The notes under the pieces were generated by a model. It worked only from the letters and a program-made list of their open reading frames with translations. It had not been told where the DNA came from and made no database searches. A stretch of 64,000 bases of DNA from Eledone cirrhosa (Eukaryota): contig OZ024747.1 of assembly GCA_964016885.1 (NCBI GenBank), positions 35,030,001 to 35,094,000 of the forward strand, written 5' to 3'. This document shows, in pieces, positions 1 to 12,087 of the stretch. The position numbers were made by a program, and so were the translations under genes. Position 1 is the first letter of the stretch. Every line of letters begins with the position of its first letter.

Positions 1-386
1 GTCAGGCATACCGAAAACGATAAGTTGAAAAAAATGAAAACGAAATTTCATTTCTCACTCTTAGTATGGCACTTACTTAAATGTAAGTATGTATGTATAC
101 GTACATACATATATGTATACAGACGTACAGTAGCATGCATATATATATATATATATGGCAGATGGGTAAACGGTGCTGATGATAGCTAACAAGCTTGAAA
201 CTAGTACATCGTTCCTGTGTCAGTGTTGAACAAAAAGGTGACGTGGTTGCCTTAACACCGTATGGCATAAATTCAGGCTGTTCGCTTTGTTGACAAACAA
301 ACGAACAAAGCGGCCGGCGTTATAATAAACGCCGGCTAAACTGATGCGTGCATATATGTATGTGTACCTGTATGCATGTGTGTATA

Positions 387-454
<68 letters not shown>

Positions 455-502
455 TGCTACTGTACGTCTGTATACATATATGTATGTACGTATACATACA
501 TA

Positions 503-596
<94 letters not shown>

Positions 597-679
597 GGTT
601 ATATTTAATTTGTTGGGATACAACAAGCTAAAATATTTTCATAACTATATATAAAGCACTCAACAAATTATTGGAGTAA

Positions 680-1046
680 ATATACAATATATTAAAAAAA
701 TGGAAACTATATTTATAAAACCATATTTATTTCATTATAGATATTTCAATGGCCACCAATGTAGATTATGGTGCGCTTTCATCAGATAAAATATAATACA
801 GATTAGTTTTATAAATAAATATTGATATATCCTGAAAAAATGCAACCTTACCGGTTGGAGCTTCCTGGATGCTCCAACCGGTAAGGTTGCATTTTTTCAG
901 GATATATCAATATTTATTTATAAAACTAATTTGTATTATATTTTATCTGATGAAAGCGCACCATAATCTACATTGGTGGCCATTGAAATATCTATAATGA
1001 AATAAATATGGTTTTAAGAATATAGTTTCCATTTGTTAATATATTG

Positions 1047-1050
<4 letters not shown>
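680..1050. mobile_element. Fold-back (palindromic) non-coding PLE-terminus-like element between (TA)n tracts
   Basis: ~180-bp arms are near-perfect reverse complements around ccggttggagc-ttcctggat-gctccaaccgg (centre ~866). Each arm holds an HHR. A tail fragment recurs at ~54380-54430. Confidence 0.8.
939..1004 (+). ncRNA. Type I hammerhead ribozyme motif (mirror copy 728-793, minus strand)
   Basis: tattttat-CTGATGA-(helix II with cacca/tggtg)-GAAA-tatcta-TA-atgaaata; helix I is 8 bp. Confidence 0.7.
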
Positions 1051-1119
<69 letters not shown>

Positions 1120-1127
1120 GCGAATGA

Positions 1128-1254
1128 AGGTGTGTAGGTGAGTGGTTAGAGAATTGGATTCGCAATCGTGAGGTTGGGAGTTCGAATCCTGGACCGGACG
1201 ATGCGTTATGTCCTTGAGCAAGACACTTTATTTCACGTTGCTCCTTCTACCTGG
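1128..1254 (+). mobile_element. tRNA-derived SINE with CORE-like body
   Basis: A box (TGGTTAGAG), B box (GTTCGAATCC), then tgtccttgagcaagacactt. Confidence 0.75.
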
Positions 1255-1355
1255 AGTTGCGACCGATATATAGTATTAATAGCTGCAAATACCAATGGAA
1301 ACATTGTTTCCTCGGTCCGTTTTGACGATAAACGTTCGAAAAAAAAATATATATA

Positions 1356-1407
<52 letters not shown>

Positions 1408-2444
1408 AACTATAAAGTAAACAATTTTAAATGAAGTTTCTAAGAATATGTAGGGATGGTGAAACCAAAACTATCAAAAAATCCTAATTGTTTAAAAAGA
1501 AATAAAATGTAGATATCTAAATTGGTTACATCTTATCCTCATTCATGCGATACCTTTCATGTGTCATCACAGGACTCTATACAACGTTAAACCATTTTGC
1601 TATGTTGCTGTTGTTTAGTTTTGCAGTTATCAGTTCAAGTTGCCACGAAATATACGTGTAAAGGGTGTAAATCTATTTTTGCTATACAAAATATAGTGAA
1701 CACAATTTAGATGACCTGATATTGATCTTAGATAAATAAAAATTAGATTTTTCGAATTCAATTTATATTATTTGGATAGAATTCATACCCAAACAGGGCA
1801 CACCTATGAATATGTTTCGGTTTCTTCAGACCACATATTCTTCATCTAGGTGCCCTACGTTTGTTTGGATACATTGACAAGGTTTTTTTATACCGCACAA
1901 ACATACGGATCATTAAAGAAGATTATCACCAGTCCACAGAAAATAATATTTGGAGCAATAGGGATAGATAAACATAATTTTGAATAAAACACATGGAAAC
2001 AAAGAAAGTACAGATGATATAACTATAACGATAGAATGCACCAGGCTTTCTTTGATCCATATCGAAATCTTATATTCAATAATGCATAAGCCTTTTCAAC
2101 AACGATTTACTGAAAACTATCAGCAATATAAATGCCACCGGGATAATAGAAATAATATATGTCGCAGCTACTGAACTTGCAAGAGAATATTTTTTCACCT
2201 TCATATCTACTGATAAAGAAATATGAAAACCCAAACAAATTTGCGGCAGAATAGAAAATAAGTAATCTTTAAATGTTTAATGTAACCTGTAACATCACGA
2301 CACAGTTGAAAATACTTACTACATAAATATAATCAGAAAAATAAATATATGAAATCGAAGAAGGCTTGAACCAAGCAGTCTTTCTCAAATTTACAGGAAT
2401 GTGAAACGTCGAAGGAGTTCTCAGAAGGACTGAAATATGTAATA

Positions 2445-2472
2445 CTAGCTGCACTACCCGGTAATACCCGGG
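2445..2472 (-). mobile_element. Helitron 3' terminus
   Basis: Minus strand reads cccgggtattaccgggtagtgcagCTAG-t, i.e. a GC hairpin followed by CTAG. Confidence 0.6.
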
Positions 2473-2592
2473 AAAGGTGGGGTTATTTGCAGTTCGCAGA
2501 GTGCGCCTGAAAATGCTAGCGACTCTGGGTACCCATACTGGATTTTCAATTGCAACGGATTCACGGCTAAGCACAGAATTAATGGCCAAGCG

Positions 2593-2975
2593 ATGGAGAA
2601 TGACAAGAGGTGGATCGTGCCCTACATCCCATTGCTGTCTAAAACATTCAACGCCCATGTGAATTTTGAGTCATGCAACTCGATAAAGAGTATCAAAAAT
2701 GCATGGAAATACGTCAATAAGTGTTTTGACATTGCAGTATTTGGTGTTGAACACGCGGCTGAAATCAAGCAATATCAGTTGGGCAGATATATGTCACCCA
2801 ACGTGGCGCATCCTTGGCTTAGAAATCCATGAGCAGCATCCAACAGCGGTGAATATGTCTGTTCATCTGGAAAATGACCAGTGCGTGGAATTTACAGAAG
2901 AAACAGCCCGCAACGTTATTGAGGACCCACCAGAAACCACATCTGTGGATTGAGGTTCCTGTGTATTACACCGGG
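2593..2975 (+). pseudogene. Helitron RepHel fragment (end of Rep domain)
   Basis: RWIVPYIPLLSKTFNAHVNFESCNSIKSIK..KYVNK, QYQLGRYMS, WRILGLEIHEQHPTAVNMSVHLENDQ; frameshifted. Confidence 0.9.
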
Positions 2976-3820
2976 TTGCAACAAAAAAAAAAACGGAACG
3001 TGCACAAACTGATGAGCTGTGTCGCTAAGCAAATAATCAGCGAAACCGTTAATCGTTAATGACTATGTTAGTTTTCTATATCCTGAGAGTGTACGTGTAA
3101 GCACGCGCTACATGTGCGTTAGTCTGTTCAAAACTTGGAGTTTGAGTGTTAAGAAATGGAATTGCTTAGATATAGTACTCTAACATAAAGGCATTAAACA
3201 TGGGTTTTATTGAAAATCCAATGTGGGTTTGCCGAGTAGTGTTAAGGTTGCAAGCAAAAAAACCTTTGTTTAAGTGAAAATGTATGGAGTTGCTGACGTT
3301 TAAAAGGACCATTCGTGTAATGTAAATTCAATAGGGAACGCACGCGTTTATATACCAAGAATAATCTTCCCATGATCCGGCACCTCGAAATATCGTCAAA
3401 ATAATCTAATTTCTAATAGGTTGTTGACTCGTTTTGGAGGACTGAGTTGTGGCAGGAGGAAGGGGAATAGTGCGAGTGAGAGTTTAACATACAGTAGTAG
3501 TATCTCCTCTTCACCTCTCTCAAAGAAAATACTTCTCTTTCCTCCCCCATTGTAAAGATTCTACCACGGGTTCCATTATTGAAATCCAATTAGGCAGTCC
3601 TGTTTGTGTGTAAAGGTTCATTAGGATCGGATCACTGGTGTAGGTGCCAACTTGTTATACACAGATACAGACAGAAATTGCCATTTATATATTAGATTAA
3701 CATAGAAAGCATTTGTGCAATAGAAATAGAATATTGTGGGGAATATTGAATTATAGTTACTAAATTAAAAATAATTACTAAACTAAGTCTATTGAAACAA
3801 TAAATCGTTCGTGGTCTTTA

Positions 3821-5314
3821 TCTCCTTATAATATATAACCAGCAATTTCTCTGTCTGTCTGTCCGACGCGTAGAGAGAGAGTGAGAGTGAAAGAAAGAGA
3901 CATACTACAAGAGGGGGATAGAGGGAGGGAGAGAGAGAGACGCTGGAAGAGGGGAAGGAAAGCTATGTCTTGCTGTCTGCATTACGATACATATATATAT
4001 GCACATACACACTGAGCGCGTCATAATGACGTAATGCAGACAGCCAGCCATACAGACAGATATTAAAAGGGCGCAAAGTTATATCTATGTATCTATCTAA
4101 AAAGAAAGACTAAGAATTATATAGAGAGAACGCTAAATCGCCTAATGCGGTCCCTAGGGCATTGACAATTTCAAATACTTTTTGCTCAAAACCCTCACAG
4201 GACCATAAGTATTACATGTCTAAAGTTTGAAAACAATCGGTTAGATGGTTCTCAAGTTTTAGTGAGCTGACAGACAGACATTCTATGTTTTAGATATATA
4301 GACGAGCAGGAAACCACACGCGGGCGGTTTTCTGCTAGTCTATATATCTAAAACAGAGAATGTCTGTCTGTCAGCTCACTAAAACTTGAGAACCATCTAA
4401 CCGATTGTTTTCAAACGTTAGACATGTAATACTTATGGTCCTGTGAGTGTTTTGAGCAAAAATTATTTAAAATTTTCAATGCCCTAGGGACCGCATTAGG
4501 CGATTTAGCGTTCTCTCTATATCATTCTTAGTCTTTCTTTTTGATAGATACATAGATATAACGTTGCGCCCTTATAATATCTGTCTGTATGTCTGGCTGT
4601 CTGCATTACGTCATTATGCCGCGCTCGGCGCGATTCCCTCGGCCTCAGTGACCAAAGTCAGTGGAGAGGGGAAGGTAATGTTTCTGTAGCACGTGTTTTA
4701 GCGTCTATTCACTTTCTCTCTCTCTCCCTCTCTCCTTCCCGCTATCCTCCTCTCGTAGTATGTCTCTTTCTTTCACTCTCACTCTCTCTCTACGCACGTG
4801 TTTCCACTGTCGGACAGACAGACAGAGAAATTGCTGGTTATATATATATATATAAGTAGACTAGCAGAAAACCGCCCCTCGTGTGGTTTTCTGCTAGTCT
4901 ATATATCTAAAACAGAGAATGTCTGTTTGTCTGTCTGACTCCATAAACTTCGAGAACCACCCAACTGATTGTTTTCAAACTTTACACATAAAATACGTAT
5001 GGTCCTGTGAGTGTTTTGAGCAAAGAAAATGCTATATGTTCAATTCCCTAGGGACTTCATTAGGCGATTTAGGGATCTCTCTCTATAATTCTTAGTCTTT
5101 CTTTTTAGATAGATACATAGCTACGACCTCGGGCCCTTATAATATCTGTCTGTATGGCTGTGTCTGCATTACGACCTTATGGCACTATATGTATATATAT
5201 AGTGTGTAACGTTTTTCGAAATATTTACTTCTGCGTTCACAGATTGATTTTTTTTAGTTTCAGAAGATCCAGTTAAGGGTGAAAGCAGCGATTCTTTGCT
5301 TAAACTGTAATCTG

Positions 5315-5378
<64 letters not shown>

Positions 5379-5631
5379 TTTCGAAACTTATTTGGATTTT
5401 AAGGTTTAAACCAGTCTACGGAACAGGTTTGATTTTGAAATTTAAATTTGTCCAAGCACCACGGCCATTTGGCAATATACTTTGTTTTTATTGATTTATT
5501 ATTTTAAATCGAGACAGGCAAACTGTATTATTATAATTAGTATTTTTCAATCCAGCTAACTTAGTCCTTTACAATACAAACATGGATATGTTGGTATTTG
5601 TGTTTATCAAATATATTAATTTATATTAACT

Positions 5632-5676
<45 letters not shown>

Positions 5677-5822
5677 TATATTCGTGTACAGATATTTTTG
5701 GATACACAATAACAAAATATAAACAAACGTATTTATTTCACGAGGCTCGATATGGATAAATATATATCAAATATATAAGAACCCTAGAGTAAATCCCGAG
5801 CAACGCCGGGTCATTCTGCTAG
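3821..5822 (+). mobile_element. Non-autonomous Helitron with internal inverted duplication and a nested PLE-terminus fragment (~5200-5795)
   Basis: Starts a|TC with (ctgt)n near the start. Ends cccgagcaacgccggg-tcattctgCTAG|t. 3825-4856 is palindromic. Confidence 0.7.
5256..5306 (+). ncRNA. Hammerhead-like motif, U4A core variant (second copy 40353-40403, minus strand)
   Basis: agttt-CAGAAGA-tcc(a/c)gttaagggt-GAAA-gca..tgc-TT-aaact. Confidence 0.6.
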
Positions 5823-6859
5823 TATGACCTAAAATGCCATAATTTCAGTTATATATCAGAGAATATAAACATTTGAAAGACAATTCAAACTGTTACCAGA
5901 AAAGTGAGACATGTGTTGCTAAAGCTGATATGGCTGTAAACATGAAATAGTAAGTAATAGTTACATTTGAAGACTTTCCACCAGTCTTCAAATGCTTGGC
6001 GCTGGTGGACCTAGTTGGCTCTACGCACGACGATCCTTTGGGATTGGTGATTTATAATGACTCCGGCTTCGTTGAGCAAGAGCCAAAACATTTGAAGACT
6101 GAAGTCAGAATGAATTGTGGAAAGATGGACTGGATTCACAAATAAAAGGATTTGACAGTGTTTCTCACACTTAAATTCTAAAAATATTAAACATAAGTCA
6201 TGTACCAATAAGGCACATAAAAATCTAAATAGCCATGAGTAAAATTTACAAGCGCCTTCAGATACGGATAAATTAGTGGATGTTTTTAAAAGTTACCTAA
6301 TCTACATTTGAAGAATTCTAAATTTGATGCCTCGCCAAATTCCATCTTTCCTGGTGCTAATATTTTAAAATAATATGTCACATAAAGCTGTGCTCAATAC
6401 ATGCCTCAGAAGGTTAATAATGGTTTGTATGAAGACAAACTTCAATTGTATCATGCCGGTGAGGAACTACTAGAAACACAAATATTACACATGTATAATA
6501 AAGCACTTGGTCTCAGATTTGGTTTTAAATTGCCCCAAAATATTGGTGAAAGAGAAATTTAATATATAAACTAATAAAGTTCTTGACAAAGAAACATATA
6601 ACAATTACCCTGATTTCAAATGCTCTGAAAAGAATGAATGAGGCATATTATAATAAATGCACAGGAAATAAAAATATATTTCACTGCAAAATATTTTTGA
6701 TGCATTAGGTTAATATTGGATGGATGGCCCGCGTAGGGGCGTTTTGATGAGATATGGCGTTTCTATTAACAAACATGGTTGAACCCAACTCCTTTCCAGA
6801 TTTCTTTCAGAGAAGGATAGAGACTGAGAGAATGAAAGTGAGAAAGAGATATAGAGGAA

Positions 6860-6988
6860 GAATCGACCTCAAATGGATGAAAGGCAAAGTTGATCTCAGT
6901 GGGATTTAAACACAGATAGTAGAGAGCTGAAGCGAATAATGCAGAGTATTTTCTCCGACGTTCTAACGATTCTGCCAATTCAACGCCT
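6860..6988 (-). mobile_element. tRNA-derived SINE, degenerate
   Basis: Reverse complement of the family body aactttgcctttcatcc..ggtcga. Confidence 0.65.
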
Positions 6989-7271
6989 AGGCTAATATGA
7001 TAACAGAACTAACCAACAACTGCACCCTCCCCAAAACAAAAGATAATGTCTGAAATAAATTTATTCTTAGCTACCATAGAAGGGTGTTAAAGCTACATAT
7101 TTCGTAAATAACATTAAAATGATATTTGAAAATCTATGGAAAAACAAGTAGTATAGCTAAAAACAAATCTGACATAAAATCTGGTATTTAGATCTCCAGG
7201 AAATCAGTTGCTAAACCAATTAGGGACCTATTGTCCAATAACATCTTTTAGGCTACAGTATATGTAAAGCA

Positions 7272-7430
7272 GGCGACGAATTGGTTGAGTGGTAAAAAAA
7301 TCAGATAGTAATGCATTGCGGTATTTGTTTCGGTTCTCTGCTGTCTGAGTTCAAATCCCGCCGAGGTTAACTTTGCCTTTCATCCATACAAGGTCAAAGA
7401 AAGAAAGTACTTGTCTAATACAAGCATTGA
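7272..7430 (+). mobile_element. tRNA-derived SINE
   Basis: ctgagttcaaatcccgccgaggttaactttgcctttcatcc. Confidence 0.8.
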
Positions 7431-9224
7431 TTTATCATCTATATCTTTCTCATTTCTATTCTCTAACTCACTATCCTTCCTTCTCTGGAAGAAATATGCT
7501 CCATTCAGATGTGAAGAAGATATGGGCACCGCCAAATTTTAAAATGTCTTAATACATTTTTATTACCGCCTACGACCCCACTAATGTTTACGAGTCCATG
7601 CATGCATATGTAAAACATAGTGGAAAAGTAATAGAAATAACTACAAAAGAAGTAAGACTCATAAAGCACAGACTTCCGTGTTCAGGAAAGTTAGCACATA
7701 AAACAGAACAGTGTAGATCACAGACAGCTATCAGTAGAAAAGGAAAACTAACAGAGAGGAAAGAAAATATATCAAGAAAACCATCCTCACGACTAATATA
7801 GAAACAATGCGAATGAGAAGAAACAATACCTAACAGGCTTTCTGTCTAGTTTAATCAAGAATGAAGACATCTAAAAGCTTGACATATTATTTTCATACTC
7901 GAGAATTACACTAGTCCTATGAATTACCAATAATAAAGCCATGGTAAAAATTATAAACCGGAAATAATATTAAATAATGGCAAATTCTTCATACTTGCTA
8001 ACATTCCGATCAACGCATAATGAGGCCTCAAATATTATTATGCGCGTATACAATATATCAAGACTGAGCGAAATGTATTTTTTTCCTAATCGCAGTATCA
8101 TTTCTAAACGAAAATAATGTTTCGCTAAATGAAATATAGACTTTTCCCTCCAATAATAAATTCGTAGCGAATAACTAATGTAAACGTCAAGCAGCACAGC
8201 ACTCAGAAAATAAATATTCTATAAAATGCAGCAACAATACGTAGAAAACTGTCAACACAAGAGAAACTGGGGAAACAACACACACATGTGATATTATGAA
8301 AACAGTGAATAATAATTCCACGGCAAACTTTTCATACTATAATGGTAAATTTAAGTGCTCTAAACGAGTTTATATTGTTTCAAATTAGAATCAATATTCT
8401 ATGCAGTGTATCATAAAAATACGCCCCTTACTGCTGTTTTCATTACACCATCAAAAGTAGCCACTTTAAAAATAAATAGTTCTGAAAGGCTACGATGAAA
8501 TACATATTGCAGAACACTGTGGAATTCTACAATTGTATTAGCCAACTTACAGATTGTGTATACCTATAAGGAATGTAATGGAAAGCAGTATGACTTGGAT
8601 CTGGTCAAAACGCTTCATGGTGATAGGTTACGATTTGCTAAACACCGGCTCATTGTGAAGGAAACTATTAAATCAACAGACTGAAGCGATTTGTGATAAT
8701 GATTTGGAATGCAGCAGAGAGGTTGATATGATCGAACATATTACGTTATTTAATTTTGTTTGAGTAGATATTACCAAGGGAATGTAATCAGTGATATTTC
8801 TACTGGTGAAGATCGATAACCTAAGCAGCTGTTGCATATTGGAATCCATTGAATTTACTCTAATATCACCTAACAACATGAGATTTAATATTACTAGAGT
8901 TGAGTGTGCCTATATATCTAAATTGAATATTAACAAACTATTTGACTTTCAGGATTTATTTGCTAACCGAAATATAGTTCTGCTTTCAAATTTCACTGAA
9001 GTTCTATATATTTTTCTTCCATCAGAAAGACACAATCTCAATCTATGTATAAAATAGATAAATAAATGCACACATAAAAATATTCTATAAGTAGATGTAA
9101 ACATGTTTAATCAAAATTACATATATTATATCATACCTGAACTTTATTTTCATTGAATATTTAAAATGCTTAAATGACCGGTGGATAATTAATCTCCTTT
9201 TAGAATTTACAATTAAAATATTCA

Positions 9225-9372
9225 TTTCGGATTCTGATTTAGGAACAAGACCAACAATTTCGGGGAAGGGTAAATCCGATTAAATTGATCCCAGAGCGTT
9301 ACTGATACTTTGATATAACGACCCATTCAGGATGAAAGGGAAAGTTAGCTAAGACAGGTTTGAAATCAGAAA
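9225..9372 (-). mobile_element. tRNA-derived SINE, degenerate
   Basis: ggatgaaagggaaagttagct matches the reverse complement of the family body. Confidence 0.6.
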
Positions 9373-9556
9373 ATTACGCTATTCATAATGGTAATATATT
9401 TCGGAGTTTATGATCGCCCAGTATGTAATTATTTAAAAAAGCATTGTACAACTTTCTCTCGCTTGCCTAAGAGAACAGACGGGAATACGATATCATTAAA
9501 TGAGAGACATAATCAGAATGCTGTATATAATGCTACAGACATGAAGTCTGTAGCAT

Positions 9557-9596
<40 letters not shown>

Positions 9597-10044
9597 TGTG
9601 GGCTTCTGTGTGTGTGTATGTGTGTGTGAGTATGTGCGTGTATATATATGGGTGTATATAGATAGATAAATAGATTAACATATATATACAGGCGCATCCG
9701 TTTTCTTCTTCTGATTGTCGACCAAATTTGACGTCCTGCGGTCCCTATCCTTGCTACACCTCTCAACATCTCTCAAAGATCCTTGCCCTCCTGAACCAGT
9801 TGTTTTGACCATATCACAGGTATATAATGCGTATTCGCGGAGCTTGACACACAATGTTATTGCATATCAATACGCCAACTTATCCTCACGTCCCGATTGC
9901 ATTGGGCAACGATCCAAGAATGTATTAGAGTGAAACATAGGTAGATAATTGAAAATTGCTTCGAAAGTAAAACGTCAACAAACTGGACCTCGTATATATA
10001 TATATATATATATATATATTGATGTATTAGTTCACCATCCTGTT

Positions 10045-10082
10045 CGAGCCGAAAATCCGCTAAGGTGAAACAATTGTTCTCG
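10045..10082 (+). ncRNA. Degenerate minimal HHR in a solo PLE terminal fragment
   Basis: cgag-CCGAAAA-tccgctaaggt-GAAA-caattg-TT-ctcg; homologous to 11907-11944. Confidence 0.5.
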
Positions 10083-10111
10083 GTATGGTGGACTAACTGT
10101 TGTGTTACCAC

Positions 10112-10151
<40 letters not shown>

Positions 10152-10153
<2 letters not shown>

Positions 10154-10406
10154 CAACCAGGTTTGATGGTCTTTATTCTCCCGTTCACGATTTCACCGAA
10201 CTTAAATTCATAGAAATCTGGGACTTGTCTCCTTCTTCCTCACTTTCTGTTGCTTCACCATTTTGTTTGTTTACCCTCGCGTCTCCTTTATTTACGTGTC
10301 CCAACGACATTTTTTAGCCGTTGCTCGCACCAACCGGAGGTATATGGTCTTTAAAGCGATGAACTGCCTATGATAGTTGGAAGATCACTGATGAAGGACA
10401 AACTTC

Positions 10407-10412
<6 letters not shown>
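10152..10412 (+). mobile_element. Family A non-coding unit (partial) with rearranged HHR at 10330-10412
   Basis: Near-identical to the reverse complement of 57296-57556. Flanked by (TA)n. GAAA is mutated to GAAC. Confidence 0.75.
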
Positions 10413-10456
<44 letters not shown>

Positions 10457-11028
10457 TATATATATGGAGGCTTGATTAAGAGTGTGTGTACACACGTCAC
10501 CCCTATTCAGCGGTTGCGTGTGTCTTTTTCTGAGTCGTAGTTTTGTAATTGATAGCTAAACAAGAAAAGTATATATAAGTAAGAATATAGAAAATAATAC
10601 CTTCCTTGTATACATATATATATAATTATATAAAATATATATTTTATTTTCTGCGTATTATACTTCTCACTTCATTATCCAACATAAAGTTTGTTTCGCT
10701 GTGGACCAGAAAATAAAATGACCATGAGCAATTTAATGTTTAAAATAGAATGGTGAATGAGAAAACGACTATATTCCTCGGTTTCATAGCCATCGATGTC
10801 GTTGTCATTCTCCTTATATTGGCCACTGTAACAATCATGTATGTTGTTGACATTGTAAAGGATTGAGAATTATTTGTTAGAGCGATTAATGAAATGCTAG
10901 CTACGTGGTTAGACAAATATACCTCATAGTGTAGTAATGTGTCTTGCTATATGCATATGTTTGAATGAATTAATAAACTTTGAGCGTGTTTATGCATCAA
11001 AATATATTCGTATGCGTTTATGAATGTT

Positions 11029-11076
<48 letters not shown>

Positions 11077-11245
11077 AGAGAAGTAAGCGCAACAATAGGC
11101 AAACAATCTGGTTCTTTCCTCCCTTCTCACTCAATGTTAAAACCATTGTAGGAAAAAAAATGTCTAGCCCTCTTAGATAGACACTTTCCCATGTCATATC
11201 TTTAACCGACATAAAGTTAAACTAGGATAATCCAGCGCTAAGAAC

Positions 11246-11743
11246 ATGAAGGCCCACATAACCAGCACCCATAGGAGCAACACCCCACCAGGGTGCTCTT
11301 GCCGTAAGCCCGAAGCTTTCCCCCTTCAACAGCAATGCAACACACCAGCTGTAATTTATGAAGCTGTGGTCACTTCCAACCAACCAAACGAACCACAGGA
11401 GGTCAAATCCTATGTGGGCATGGCGGAGGGCCGATTTAAGGAACGTTTCCTGAATCATCAGTCTACCTTCAGGTACCCGGACAGACGTTCAGCCACGAAA
11501 ATCGCGAGCCACGTATGGTCCCTCAAGGACTCAAGTATAGACTACTCCATTCAATGGAAACCTATCACTAAGTCCAAGCCATACGCAAGGAGAAATCCGA
11601 CGTGTGGCTTATGTATTGACGAACAAATAACTATACTAAAGAGATTACGCAATAGTGATTGCCTAAAGACGAGAAATGAATTTTTCACACGTTGTCCACA
11701 CGTCGCCAAAGACCTATTGCATAACTACAAGGCTCCGGACTGA
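11246..11743 (+). CDS. GIY-YIG endonuclease C-terminus of a PLE (fragment)
   Basis: CSC..AVIY..YVGMAEGRFKERFLNH..CGLCIDE..RNEFFTRCPH. Confidence 0.85.
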   Translation: MKAHITSTHRSNTPPGCSCRKPEAFPLQQQCNTPAVIYEAVVTSNQPNEPQEVKSYVGMAEGRFKERFLNHQSTFRYPDRRSATKIASHVWSLKDSSIDYSIQWKPITKSKPYARRNPTCGLCIDEQITILKRLRNSDCLKTRNEFFTRCPHVAKDLLHNYKAPD

Positions 11744-11906
11744 TTCCTTGTAATTTTATTTCCAACTAAAAACTTTTTCGGACTTTCGCAGTTATCTCCT
11801 TTACACCTCTCGCACGCATTCTAGTATTGCCTGTGTGAAATGACCGGGTTTCTGCGCATGCACATTTGTACGGTTGTATTTCCTGTTCCTATAACCATGC
11901 CCATTA

Positions 11907-11944
11907 CGAGCTGAGGATCCGCTAAGTTGAAATAATTGTTCTTG
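11907..11944 (+). ncRNA. Minimal type I HHR in PLE 3' region
   Basis: cgag-CTGAGGA-tccgctaagtt-GAAA-taattg-TT-cttg. Confidence 0.65.
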
Positions 11945-11968
11945 GTATGGTGAAGTAACTGTGTAACC

Positions 11969-12087
<119 letters not shown>

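Noticed and set aside
344-654. [10 protein letters not shown] and RERE ORFs here and throughout the window
   Set aside because: Translations of (TA)n, (CA)n and (GA)n microsatellites.
1128-1200. tRNA gene
   Set aside because: Poor cloverleaf that continues into a SINE body.
1795-1856. Minus-strand HHR-like hairpin (ATGAAGA..GAAA catat TC)
   Set aside because: Core and helix III are degenerate and it is a single copy; the motif near 30437-30493 is similar.
6000-6600. Possible decayed transposase or exon (also 8560-8800)
   Set aside because: No recognisable motif; multiple stops.
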